Shown here: piece after piece, positions 13,983-28,743 of the stretch
How positions within the stretch are numbered: the first letter of the stretch is position 1
Layout: every line of letters starts with the position of its first letter
From: Octopus vulgaris
Lineage: Eukaryota
Reading direction: 5' to 3'
Assembly: GCA_951406725.2 (NCBI GenBank)
Contig: OX597837.1
Coordinates: 27,094,001-27,158,000, forward strand
Length of the DNA stretch: 64,000 bases
The notes under the pieces: generated by a model
What the model saw: the letters and a program-made list of their open reading frames with translations, nothing else
Database searches by the model: none
What the model was told of the DNA's origin: nothing
Position numbers and translations under genes: made by a program

Positions 13983-15210
13983 GTTACTTCCAGTTTGGTT
14001 CCACATGCCATAGGATCATTGGACATGAAGTTACCCTAGAAAGTTACCCACACAGGCACAAGTCCGGGCAAGTCTTGACAGCATTCGTCAAAATATATCT
14101 TTGGTTGGCTACTTTGATGTAAAACATGCACGGAATGGTTTGAGCCAGTTTGAGAATCTCCAGAACTAACTAGATATCCTGACATTGACATACTCTTGAA
14201 TTTGGGACATTTACTGACTCCAGATGTATTACCCAGCTTCTTTGGATCATTCCAGTTGGATGAAAAACATCTGTGAGATGACATGCAAGCTATATTGGAC
14301 TTTAAAATTATGCTGGGCGTTGGTGACATTATTTATCATTTATGCATGTGTGTGTTGCTGGTGTTGTTGTACCCCCACCAGTTGATTGGAGTGGAGTGGT
14401 TGACAAAAACACAAATTTTCTGTGCTATAATTCTTTGTGTGAATATGTAAGACATGCACACATATACACTTAAAATGGCCAATAACATCGATTTGGTGGG
14501 AAGGCTGCCATTTCAGAGTCACTTCATTTCTGTACATGCACTATACAACCGGAAGGAAGTATGAATAGACAACAAATAATTTTAATGTATATTCTTATAT
14601 ATATAGAAAGAGTGGCATTAAAAAGTGCTTTACAAATAGTTGGTTCACGGTTCACTTATGATACACATCAACTTGCGTAAAATAGTTTTCTCAAAACCTT
14701 AGGTCAGACTTTGTGTGTGTGTGTGTGTTTCAATGTGAAATGAAGAATTGGTACATCACACTAAAATACTATGTGATATTTTGATAACTCGGCCACTATA
14801 CACTGATATAAACCTTATTTTCCCCACTTATGAAGTTCATAAAATTAGTATCAGGTTCAATATATAAGTAATTATACCTGATAAAAATCCATTTGCAGTT
14901 TACCTTAACTTGACAACACATTACTTCCTCTCTCTTACCTCTACCTTTCTCAGAGCTTTTATGAACAATACAATAATACTAATTATAAGCAGACATCTCT
15001 GTAACCTGTATTAGATACTCCTGTATTAGCAATGTTTGAAGTTGTGTTTTTCTATAAGGAACTGAATAAAATGCTGATAAAACACCCAAGGGTGGTGATA
15101 TGGAGACTGTTGATGTTTAGCTTGAAATGTGTGTGGTTCTCGTTGGCTTTACGCATGTGTATTGTACAACTGTTGTTTTTGTAATTGTAGCATTGTTAGT
15201 TTAATATGAG

Positions 15211-15592
15211 TGGAGGCGCAATGGCCCAGTGGTTAGAGCAGCGGACTCGCGGTCATAAGATCGCGGTTTCGATTCCCAGACCGGGCGTTGTGAGTGTTTA
15301 TTGAGCGAAAACACCTAAAAGCTCCACGAGGCTCCGGCAGGGGATGGTGGTGATCCCTGCTGTACTCTTTCACCACAACTTTCTCTCACTCTTACTTCCT
15401 GTTTCTGTTGTACCTGTATTTCAAGGGGCCGGCCTTGTCACTCTCTGTGTCACGCTGAATATCCACGAGAACTACGTTAAGGGTGCATGTGTCTGTGGAA
15501 TACTCAGCCACTTACACATTAATTTCACGAGCAGGCTGTTCCGTTGATTCAGATCAACCGGAACCCTCATCATCGTAACCGACAGAGTGCTT
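15211..15592 (+). mobile_element. tRNA-derived SINE
   Basis: A box TGGCCCAGTGG, B box GTTTCGATTCC; flanked by a TTAATATGA direct repeat. Confidence 0.75.
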
Positions 15593-15984
15593 CCTCCCTT
15601 AGTTAATATGAATTGTTTGGTTGAAATCTCACAGGGTTTGATAGTCTGGTGGTGGTTTTCTACAATATATACAGGAGTTGAATTTTGTAGATACTAGTCA
15701 TAAACTGGGGCCAATTCACTAGCCTACTGTCAAAAAAAAAAAAAAGATCAGCTCAGTAGATTACATTCTTTCCAAAAAGATTTTGTGCCAAATATTTAAA
15801 TTATTCTCAGTGCTTCTCCCTTTCTACAGATGGAGCCATCATCTTCTCTTGTCTCATTAAATTATAAAAGATGATTAAAAATATTTAGGTTTACTTCGAT
15901 TTTTTTTCTTTGTTTGTTTTTGCATTTTAATGGTGATGCTCCAACATGGCCACAGTCTCTGACTGAAACTGATAATAGAATAAC

Positions 15985-16490
15985 GATCTCACAAGTAGCT
16001 TCAGTGACCTTAACACCTTGATTAAATGCAAAAAGCAAATGGTGTTGAAAATGCTCAGTTTTGTCCACTTGACATTTCAATTTAATGACCTGAAAATACA
16101 CAAAAATCAATAAAATTTTTAAAAATCAAAACACATTGTCTTGTAGAGCAAAAAATTCTCTCTTAACCCTTTAGTGTTCAGATTACTCTGTTAAATGTAA
16201 TAATTTTTCACTCAAATTGTTTTGAATTAATCATGCATTATCTTATAGCTTTGAGGTTTCAATGATGTGAATGTTTATTTTTAGAATGTCAATGTAGCTT
16301 AGGTGTGAGAGGCTAGATATCGCCCGTTTGAATGTAAAACATGTAGAATATCTGGACCAGATATGGCCGGTTTAAACACTAAAGGGTTAAATAACATAAA
16401 ATATTTTGCCAATGCATTTTATTTCTGTGTGAATTTTTGAATTTGAAAACAAAAAAAAAAATGCTGATGAATTATTCCTCAACCCAATAA
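15985..16490 (-). mobile_element. mariner transposon 5' remnant
   Basis: Translation EHFQHHLLFAFNQGVKVTEATCEI resembles the mariner transposase N-terminus; TATTGGGTTG TIR-like end; interrupted by the TTAA MITE. Confidence 0.65.
16167..16386. mobile_element. piggyBac-like MITE
   Basis: TTAA-CCCTTTAGTGTT ... AACACTAAAGGG-TTAA. Confidence 0.85.
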
Positions 16491-17537
16491 TACACTGCGT
16501 TTGTTTCAATTAATTTTGAAAATAATGAAGAATTTACTAAAATTACTTTGTCATTATTAGTATATAAATTAACACGAAACTTTGATGGAAGATTTTAACT
16601 TAGAACAAAGGCAGTCTTAAGAGGGTTGGTATGAAAATCGTTAAATTGTGTAACTTGTGACAAGAGAAAAATAGTTACGTCTTCTTTGGTGCAAGAAGCT
16701 TACGACACACATGATTTCTTTAAGATTCCGAAATTACACTTCAATCATGTTAATTATAAAAGAGATAAAATTTTATTAAATTCTTTGACTTTTTCAATGC
16801 ATTCCTCTTGAAGTGATGTCAATGAAGTTAGTGTCAAGGCAAAGATGGAAACACCAAAAAGCAGGATATACATTTTTACACTGTGATTCCACCTCCATGT
16901 GGAAGCAGAGAGGGTTCTAATGTATATGGCTTTTAAAGTTAATAAAAATAAATATTATTATTGTTAAGGCGGCAAGCTGGCAGAATGGTTAGCATGCTGG
17001 ACAAAATGCTTGGCAGTATTTTGCCAGTCGCTACATTCTGAGTTCAAATTCCGCTGAGGTCGACTTTGCCTTTCATCGGGGTTGATAAATTGAGTACCAA
17101 TCAAGTACTGGGGTCGATGTGATCGACTATCCCGCTTCCCTCAAATTCCAGGCCTTGTGCCTATGGTTGAAAGGATTATTATTACATTGATTCAATGGGG
17201 AGAGTAACACTAATTACACAATATGATTTTATAATTAAAAGAGAAAATTGATAACAATAATAATAATAATAATAATAATAATGAGCAGAGTGTGATCTGA
17301 TTTGTAATTAACAGAGATACAAATCACATTTTGCTCTTCTTGTTGCTTATTCACCTTCATGAAGAGCTACATCAATCTTCATAAATTAATGATAATAATA
17401 ATAATAATAATGATATATATATATATATATATATATATAACGGGAAGGTTTACGAAAATATACAAAAGACGAAGGCAGGTGGAGTACAAACAAACAAATG
17501 TATTAGTATGGCGCTCAGGAATAGAAATAGAACAAGT

Positions 17538-17573
17538 CTTTTACGTTTCGAGCCTACGCTCTTCGACAGAAAG
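17538..17573 (-). ncRNA. Minimal type I hammerhead-like motif (variant core) in a Penelope-like remnant
   Basis: CTTT CTGTCGA A GAGC-GTAG-GCTC GAAAC GTA AAAG. Confidence 0.5.
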
Positions 17574-17691
17574 ATACATAGAAAAAAACAAGGAGAGAAA
17601 CGAGGAGAGAAAAAAATGCATGTAGGAGCTAGGGACACAGCTTTCCTTTTAAACATGCTTAATTGAAAACATGACATTGTTCTGCTTTTAA

Positions 17692-17728
<37 letters not shown>

Positions 17729-18187
17729 GGGTGAGGGTAGGAGTTTGTTTTTGTTTCAGTCCCTTACAAAGGGTTCAAACAAACTGCAAAAGACTTAGAA
17801 CATGGCAAAGTTCAAACACGTACAGATCCAACATACCTACACGCATATACACACACACGCACATGTATACAGTTAACGAAAGAACTGATTTTTCAACAGT
17901 TTCTTCAGTAGTAAACAACTCTGGTAAGAATTCAGCCAGCTCACTGCCAAAGCAGCAACCTGGCAGAATAGTTACCCCACTGACAAAACGCATAGCACCA
18001 TTATGTCTCTCTTTATGTTCAGAGTTCAAATTCCATGAAGGTCGACTTTACCTTTTATCCTTTCGGGTCAATAAAATAATTACCAGTTAAGTACTGGGAG
18101 GTCAAGGTAATTGACTACATCCCCCTGCTTCTCCAATATTTCAGGCCTTGTGCCTATAATAGAAAGGATTGTTATTATTATTATTAT

Positions 18188-18242
<55 letters not shown>

Positions 18243-18342
18243 TATTGTAAATTTAACTTCTATATGAAAACTTAAACTGAACCAATTTCTCCACATGGAG
18301 AAAGCCTATAGTTTTGTATGATAGCCATGTATTATATACATA

Positions 18343-18375
<33 letters not shown>

Positions 18376-18454
18376 GTTGCTTATATTATTATTATTATTA
18401 TTGAAGATCATCAACTTTACCACATAGCACCTAACTGCGTAAGCACTGTATGTG

Positions 18455-18503
<49 letters not shown>

Positions 18504-18516
18504 TATACATACATAT

Positions 18517-18567
<51 letters not shown>

Positions 18568-18609
18568 TATACATATATATATATATACATATATATATAT
18601 ACATGTATA

Positions 18610-18666
<57 letters not shown>

Positions 18667-19449
18667 CATATATATATATCTACACATATATACATATATA
18701 TCTACACATATATATGTATATACATATATAGATAGATAGATACACACACACATCTGCATGTGTGTGAGTGAATATATCTATCTATATATATATAGGCACA
18801 CATTTATATGTGTGTGAATGAAAATATATATATATTTATGTATGTATGTTTGTATATATACATGTGAGTGTGTGTGTTTGCAGTCAATGAAAACATTTAA
18901 AAAAAAAAAAATATAACTGCTTTGTAATTTTTTTTTTTTAAATCATCAAATTTTCTAAATCATTCTCATCAAAAAATGGACAAATAGATGGAGCTTCCAT
19001 TTATAACCAAATATGGACAATATATTTATAAGATTTCAAATCTAACAGCTCAGTTATTTTGTTACATATTAGAGAAAACAGCTAATAACGGTGATCACCT
19101 GTCAATTATGTAAATTTTTACTGACTTCCATGTTATCATATTATAAAAAGAACAAAATGGAAATTATATGTTTATGTATATTAGAGGTTTTTTTGTTTTC
19201 AACTCTATACATTGTTGAGGGGATTTTTTCCCAGTGCAAATATGATAGTTCAATGACATGAAGAAATTATTATTATTATTATCATTATTTTTATTATTAT
19301 TATTGTTATTAATGTTATTATCAATGCAGCAAGTTGGCAGACTCGTTAGTAGATTGGACAAAATACATACATACATAAACTATAAAACTGTTTGATTATC
19401 AGTGTTTCTCAATGTATATATAAATATTAACAGATCATCAAATCTTAAG

Positions 19450-19494
<45 letters not shown>

Positions 19495-21570
19495 CACACA
19501 TACCCCACATATATATATATACGCACACATCTCACATATATATACCCCCCCACATACATATATACATACACACCATACATACATACACACCACATACACA
19601 CCACATAGATATACATATATATACATATATATACACATACACCACACACACATATATATATATATATATATAAATATATATATACATACATACATACATA
19701 CATACATACATGTATACATACATACATACATACATACATACATACATACATACATACATACATACATACATACATACATACATACATACATACATGCATA
19801 CATACATAGTGGTATTTTGTCCATTTTTACATTCTGAGTTCAACTTTGCTTTTCACCTTTTCAGGGCTTGATAAAATAAGTACCAGTTGATCACTAGGGT
19901 TCATGTAATCAACTTAGCCCCCTTCCCTAAACTTGCTGGCCTCGAGGCCAGACTTTGAAACCATTATTATTATTATTGTATTGTTAAGGTGGTGAGCTGG
20001 CAGAATTGTTAGCATGTCAGGAAGAAATGCTCGGCAGTATTCCTTCCAGCTCTCAGCATTTTGAGTTCAAATACCCTTTTGAAACTGATAAAGTAAAGTA
20101 CCAGTCAAGTACTGGTAGTGGTCATGGTGGGAGGGGTGGAGGGCAATGTAATCGATTTACCCCCTCCTCTCAAATTTCTGGTCTTGTGCCAAAATGAGAA
20201 AGAATTATTAAAGCATCAAGCTGGTAGATTTGTTCCACATTGGACAAAATGCTTCTCAGCATTTCTTCTGGATGTTCTGAGCTCAAATCCCACCAAAGTC
20301 AACTTTCAGGTTGAGAAAATTAAGTACCAGTCATATACCGGGGAAGTCAATGGTACTGACTTAGCCCATCCCCTCAAAGTTGTTAGCCCTGTATCAAAAT
20401 TAGAAACCGTTATAATCATTGTTGTTATACATTCTGCATTTAAATCCCTTCTGTGGTCAACGGTCCTTCATCGGTCCTGGGGCTGATAAAGTACCAGTCA
20501 TTAGGCTGATTAAATTAGATCTATATCTATTTTTTCTGAATTTGTGGCCTTGGTGGCTTATGTCAGACATTATTATTGTTGTTATTATTATTATTATTAT
20601 AAATATTTTTGTTGTTGTTGTTGATTTTTTTGTAGTTTAGCAATTTTGGGTAACTCAGGAAAGGTGTTTTAGTTTATCTAAATAATTTTGTTCAGAATTT
20701 TTTTTTTAAAAAACCTTACTATTACTACTTACAGCCATTGTATTGTAACCCTGCAAAAAAAGGGTACATAACTCTGCTTGCCTCAGTCTGCCTGACTGAC
20801 ATAATAAAAACAGGTTCCACTCCTACTTCACAGCTGAGTGGTTAGCGGTAGGAAGGGGCATCCAGCTGTAAAAAAAATTGCTCCAACAAAAACCACCCAC
20901 TCATGCTAGCATGGACAAAAATGGATGTAAAAAAACATTGAAAATAATTAAAACCAAATTGGCCCTGGGCCACCCACTGATGCTATTTCACTGTCCTTGT
21001 GTTTATATTTGTAGATATTTGTATAATATGTCAGCTACTTTTCACCTGCTTCCAGAGCAATTTTTGAAATTAGATTTTTTTTTGTATTTTTTTTTTGTTT
21101 TTGTTTTTTTTATTCCAGAGAATTCAATATCCAGTTTAGAACGGAAAAGTTGTTCAAAACAACAACAACAACAACAATGGGATTTTGGAGACAATTTCAG
21201 GATTTGTGATTGAATGGGGAAAAATTTTTTTTTAAGAAGAGACTGAACCAGAAATGTACCCCACCCTGCCCCCTATTGCATTGTGAGACAAGAAGTGGTA
21301 AATGTTGTGTTCCAAAATGATTTTAAAACTGTTTCAAAAAAGAAATGCATATCCATATTTTCAATAATAATTAGAAGATTTTACAGAGATATTTTTTCGA
21401 CAATTTTATCTCGTTAATGATTGCAGTGATAATAATCATTCCTGTTAGACTCGTTTGGAAAATTCTAAGCCATATTGTTAATTATCATCATTATTGCACA
21501 CAACTTTGCTCAAATCACTTTATGATTAATAATTGAAACTCTAAATACATTTTCTCATTAACACATATTC

Positions 21571-22140
21571 TCAGAAACGTTAGCATCCCGGGTGCAATGC
21601 TTAGCGGTATTTCGTCTGCCGTTACGTTGTGAGTTCTAATTCCGCCGAGATCAACTTTACCTTTCATCCTTTCGGGGTCGATAAATTAAGTACCAGTTAC
21701 GCACTGAGGTCAATGTAATCGACTTAATACCTATGTCTGTCCTTGTTTGTCCCCTCTATGTTTAGCCCCTTGTGGGTAACAAAGAAATAGGTATTTCGTT
21801 TGCTGCTACATTCTGAGTTCAAATTCCGCCGAGGTTGACTTTGCCTTCAATCCTTTCGGGGTCGATTAAATAAGTACCAGTTACGCACTGGGGTCGATAT
21901 AATCGACTTAATCCGTTTGTCTGCCCTTGTTTGTCCCCTCTGTGTTTAGCTCCTTGTGGGTTGTAAAGAAATAGGTATTTCATCTGTCCTTACGTTCTGG
22001 TTTCAAATTCCACTGAGGTCGACTTTGCCTTTCATCCTTTCAGGGTCAATAAATTAAGTACCAGTTGTGTACTGGGTTGATCTAATTGACTGGCTCCTCC
22101 CCCAAAATTTTGGGCCTTGTGCCTAGAGTAGAAACGAATA
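21571..22140 (+). mobile_element. SINE family B tandem trimer (Nin/Deu-like core GACTTTGCCTTTCATCCTTTCGGGGTCGATAAA)
   Basis: ~184-bp units joined at AAATAG/GTATTTC. Confidence 0.85.
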
Positions 22141-22720
22141 TGATATTTTACCAAAATTTATTAAAATATTTGTTTTTGTGCCAATATTTTGATACTGTTA
22201 TTAGGGCATTGAACAGGAAGAATTGTTAGCAGACTTGGCAAAATGCTTAGTGGCATTTCGTCCCTCCTTATGTCCTGAGTTTAAATTCGACTGAGGTCAA
22301 TTTTGCCTTTCATTTCAGGGTTGAATGCTGGCGTCAATGTATTCAACTTATCCCCTCCACTCTGAAATAGCAGGCCTTGTGTTAAAATTTGAAACCAATA
22401 TTTGGCACTGTTATTCTTGTGACCAATATTATTTATTAGTCATAGAAAGGCGGCAAGCAGGCAGAATAATTAGCATGCTGGGCAAAAGGCTTAGCAGCAT
22501 TTTGTCCGTCTATGCATTCTGAGTTCAAATTCCACAGAGGTCGATTTTGCCTTTCATCCTTTTGGGATTGATAAAATAAGTACCAGTTGAGTACTAGGGT
22601 CGATGTAATTGACTTAACCCCAACCCAAAATTGCTGGCCTTGTACCAAGATTTGAAACCAATATTATTTATTTGTCATAGGAACAAAATTTAGAGGTCAT
22701 CAATAATAATAACAATCAAT

Positions 22721-22892
22721 AGGCGCAGGAGTGGCTGTGTGGTAAGTAGCTTGCTAACCAACCACATGGTTCCGGGTTCAGTCCCACTGCGTGGCATCTT
22801 GGGCAAGTGTCTTCTGCTATAGCCCCGGGCCGACCAATGCCTCGTGAGTGGATTTGGTAGACGGAAACTGAAAGAAGCCTGTCGTATATATG

Positions 22893-22925
<33 letters not shown>

Positions 22926-23135
22926 GTTTGTATGTCTGTGTTTGTCCCCCTAGCATCGCTTGACAACCGATGCTGGTGTGTTTACGTCCCCGTCACATAG
23001 CGGTTCGGCAAAAAGAGACCGATAGAATAAGTACTGGGCTTACAAAAAGAATAAGTCCCGGGGTCGAGTTGCTCGACTAAAGGCGGTGCTCCAGCATGGC
23101 CGCAGTCAAATGACTGAAACAAGTAAAAGAATAAA
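22721..23135 (+). mobile_element. SINE family A, full length
   Basis: Head, internal microsatellite and tail all present. Confidence 0.88.
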
Positions 23136-23397
23136 AGAAAAGAAAGAAAGAATGTTTTGGGGAAAGACTAACTTTGAAAATTACACAATAGAGATAATTA
23201 TCGTTAGTATTTTTAATTACACTTTATAGGAAGTACAGTGTCCACCTCCTCTCAGACTCTGCATTCTGTTTGGGTTAGAATTTCTTCTTTCTTCTACATT
23301 TTAATTGCCCATTATTATTATTATTATTTCTATTCACTCCATGTCTGCACTAGTGTTTCCTGGATTTTTAAGTGTGTAGTCATATTAAATGGCACTC

Positions 23398-23782
23398 TTG
23401 CTAACCAACCACATGGTTCCGGGTTCAGTCCCACTGCGTGGCATCTTGGGCAAGAGTCTTCTGCTATAGCCCCAGGCCGACCAATGCTTTGTGAGTGGAT
23501 TTGGTAGACGGAAACTGAAAGAAGCCTGTCGTATATATATGTATATATACATAAGTGTGTGTGTGTATGTTTGTGTGTCTGTGTTTGTCCCCCTAGCATT
23601 GCTTGACAACCGATGCTGGTGTGTTTACGTCCCCGTCACTTAGCGGTTCGGCAAAAGAAGACCGATAGAATAAGTACTGGGCTTACAAAGAATAAGTCCC
23701 GGTGTCGATTTGCTCGACTAAAGGCGGTGCTCCAGCATGGCCGCAGTCAAATGACTGAAAACAAGTAAAAGAGTAAAAGAGT
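23398..23782 (+). mobile_element. SINE family A, 5'-truncated
   Basis: Near-identical to 22721-23135. Confidence 0.85.
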
Positions 23783-24799
23783 AATAATCAAGCCCTAACT
23801 GGAGTACTCACCAAGAGCTCTGTTTGATTCTTCATTCTGTTATCTATATAATGGAATAATTAAGAAACCATATCCTACTTTCAATGAAGCTTACCTAGGT
23901 ATATCTATATATGTAACTGAAACACTGCCAGCCTTTTTTCTTACTTCTTTTTACACCCTCCCTAACTAGCTCATACCACCCACTGCTTCTCACAATAATT
24001 TCTCAGAAGGAATGAAACATTCTGAGTAAGAGAGAGTTGTTTGTTGACAAATTAAAGTACTGGCTGATCTGGTCACTGTATATTTTATTTTTTACCATGG
24101 TGGTGCTCCAGTATGGCCAAAGCTCGTGAGCTGAAACTAGATAAAATATATAAAGTAATATCAGTGTATGCTGGCTGATCTTAGTGTTCAGTAACAGAGC
24201 TTCTCCATTGTCACTGCTGGAAATAGCAATCACACCTCCCTCAAATCATGCCCTACCCTCTTAAATAATTTACTTCCTGATATATCAAAAACCTGGATGG
24301 TCATAAGGGGAATGGCTTTCCATTGTAGTTCGGTTCAGTCGAGGATGACCTGGAGTTAAAAAGCAACACTCAAACTATATTTTGAGTCAATGCAAGAAAG
24401 CCTCCATATAGTCACTCAACTCACTAGAAACAACAGCAAAATTTCCTTCAAATTGCACTCCTACATTCTTAAGTTAGGTAGGAATACACTGAAGAATATG
24501 GTTCTATAAATACATATTTTGTGTATACATACATACATAAACTATAAAACTGTTTGATTATCAGTGTTTCTCAATGTATATATAAATATTAACAGATCAT
24601 CAAATCTTAAGTGTTTTATATATATATATACACACATACCCCACATATATATATATACACACACATCCCACATATATATACCCCCCACATACATATATAC
24701 ATACACACCACATACACACCACATAGATATACATATATATACACATACACTACACATATATATATATATACATACATACATACATACATGTATACATAG

Positions 24800-24898
<99 letters not shown>

Positions 24899-25135
24899 GA
24901 TTGTTCATAATAATTCATTCTTCCTATCTAAAAAAAAACCTAGCAACAAATTTTCTCTCATTTAAAACTTGAAAAATATGAGATTGTTGGATTTTTTTCG
25001 GGTGGGAGTGGAGGTTGTAGGTGTTTTTATGACTAAATATTTTATCTTTCTCCTCTCTTTTTTTTTTTTCATGCTTGCTTCATGAAAACACATTTCTACA
25101 TTAAAGTTTAAGACAACAAAAACAAAATATCTTAA

Positions 25136-25311
25136 CCCTTTAGCATTTAGACAATCCAGATCCAGCCAAAATATCCAAACCGATAATATCATTATAAAAA
25201 TTAACGATTACCTCATCAAAATCTCAAAGCTACAACATAATTCATAATTAATTAAAAACAATGTGAATGAATAAAGATTACTTTTGACAGAATAATTTGA
25301 ATGCTAAAGAG
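25136..25311. mobile_element. piggyBac-like MITE, internally deleted
   Basis: TTAA-CCCTTTAGCATT ... AATGCTAAAGAG-TTAA. Confidence 0.75.
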
Positions 25312-25817
25312 TTAATGACAAAAAGAACAAAAAAATTAAACAGTTTTTTAATAACAGTGCCACAACTTGGCCACAGCTTGTGGACTGAATCCAGTAAAAG
25401 AATGCCGTAAATGTAGATTTTGGTGAACTTTTGTTAGTGATGGCCAAAGGTTTTTCTCAATGGTTCATTAATCCATGATCAACAAGATCTGAAGAAACGA
25501 GAAAATATCAACCACAAAATACTCTGGACAAAAGAAAAGCCAGTTTTCCTAAAATCTTACCTTTTTTTTTAAAAAAAAATTTTTTTTTTTCTATTTAAGA
25601 AAATGTTTTAGTTTTAATTAATCAGTTTGAAATTATTTAACAAAGGTTCATTCACTGTTGATTGTTTTTTTTTTTTTTTGTTGTTGAATATTTCAAGAAA
25701 AGAAAAGGAAAAAAAAAAAAACCAATTGTATTTTTGACTCAAAAGAAATTTTTTTGTAAATTGATCCAAATCCAGTTGTTGGGACGCAAAAATGAACGTG
25801 AAAAACATAAACAATTA

Positions 25818-26123
<306 letters not shown>

Positions 26124-26411
26124 CAACAATGGACATGAAAAATTTCATGATTGCATTCTTTTAAATAATGTGTTTCACAGGAGATGAAAGTCTGCAGGAA
26201 TTGTTCAGTAGTGACAGTTTTTGACTGTTTAAGATCTTTATATACGTTCACACACGCATGCACGCACACACATACATGCATTTATTGTTTATTCTGGCTT
26301 TCACTAGCCTTGTTAAATTGGAGTTTCCCCCCCCCCCAGCATATGGACAGCCTCCCAAGCAGGAAGCAATCTCAAACCAGGGAGGAAGTTATTATACAAA
26401 CCAAAGTAAAC

Positions 26412-26489
<78 letters not shown>

Positions 26490-26525
26490 GTACATTATAT
26501 ATATCATATATGTATCATAATATAC

Positions 26526-26571
<46 letters not shown>

Positions 26572-26616
26572 ATATGATATATATATATATATATATAATA
26601 TATATATATATAATAT

Positions 26617-26688
<72 letters not shown>

Positions 26689-26693
26689 GATAC

Positions 26694-26870
<177 letters not shown>

Positions 26871-27074
26871 GACATATATATATATGACTTTTCAACCACA
26901 TGATTCCAAGTTCAGTCCTGTTGTGTGCCACCTTGTGCCCAACCAATTGCTTTGTAGGTGAATTTGGCAGATGGAAAGTGTGTTGAATCCTGTGTATGTG
27001 TGTGTATATATATACACACATATATATATATCAAATAAATGACAACGAAACAGAAATCACATAATCATCTTCAT

Positions 27075-27156
27075 TGGCACACATCTGTTTCTGCTATAAC
27101 ATACAGTACACTCGGAACTGAGTGCTTGTACATCATTTTATAGCTCCTTCAGAACT
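27075..27156 (-). ncRNA. Degenerate hammerhead-like motif (inverted partner of 27459-27539)
   Basis: CTGAAGG A GCTATAA..CACTC..GAGTG..TTATAGC A GAAAC AGAT GTG. Confidence 0.5.
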
Positions 27157-27247
27157 TCTAAAAGAAGTGCAAGGTTATTTGGAAAAGATCACCATGAAGC
27201 GGTGATCTTTTATAGAGGTTCATTATGCACACATGCACGCACACACA

Positions 27248-27317
<70 letters not shown>

Positions 27318-27458
27318 TATCTAAATCTACATATTTCTGGGAGTGGATGCTATCTTTCAACCTTTATACTCCATTTCTTATGTATTTTTATATTTTTTAT
27401 GGTGATATTTTCAATGTATGTAAATACTTTTCCAAATAAACTTGCTCTTCATTTTAGA

Positions 27459-27539
27459 AGCTCTGAAGAAGCAATAACATGATGCACAAGCACTCAGCTC
27501 CAAGTGCACTACATCTTATAGCAGAAACAACTGTAAGCT
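27459..27539 (+). ncRNA. Type I hammerhead-ribozyme-like motif with extended stem II
   Basis: AGCT CTGAAGA A GCAATAA..TTATAGC A GAAAC AACT GTA AGCT. Confidence 0.65.
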
Positions 27540-27927
27540 AATGAAGTTGATTATGTAAATACTGTTCTTTTGTTGTTTCATATTATGCTTTATACTCAAC
27601 TAACGCTTTATTCTGAAGCATACATGTATTGAGTTCTAACACAAAGTTATTAAGCATTGTTATGCCTAAGTGGAATCGCAAAACGTGTGTGTGTGTGTGC
27701 GTGTGTGTGTGTAAATATTTGTATATATGCATGTATATATCTGTGTCGTTGTGTACGTTCACTAACTGCTTGGCAACCATTGTTCATTCATGTCCCCCAT
27801 GGCTCAGCAGTTTTGGCAAAAGAGGCCAAAGCAATATGTATTGGGGAGGAGTTGTTTGACTAAACTGTTCATGATGGTACCCCAGCATGGTTGCAGTCCA
27901 AGGAGGACTGTGACCATTTTAAGTATA

Positions 27928-28538
<611 letters not shown>

Positions 28539-28702
28539 CAACAGATGATAAACGTAGGTTTCAATGCTTATATTTGAGAAGAAATATCAATTATTCATCA
28601 TTGTATGGACCAACACACTGAGGTTTTGACTGCTAACTCCTAAGCAACCAGCACAAATAACCCCTTTAAATTCTGAGTAGCAACAGAGACCAATTTTAGT
28701 TG

Positions 28703-28743
<41 letters not shown>

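Noticed and set aside
15211-15285. tRNA gene
   Set aside because: A/B boxes present, but it continues into a SINE body and I could not fold a full cloverleaf.
17760-17923. Possible + strand exon (good acceptor and donor)
   Set aside because: No recognisable homology, contains a CA run, and no partner exons.
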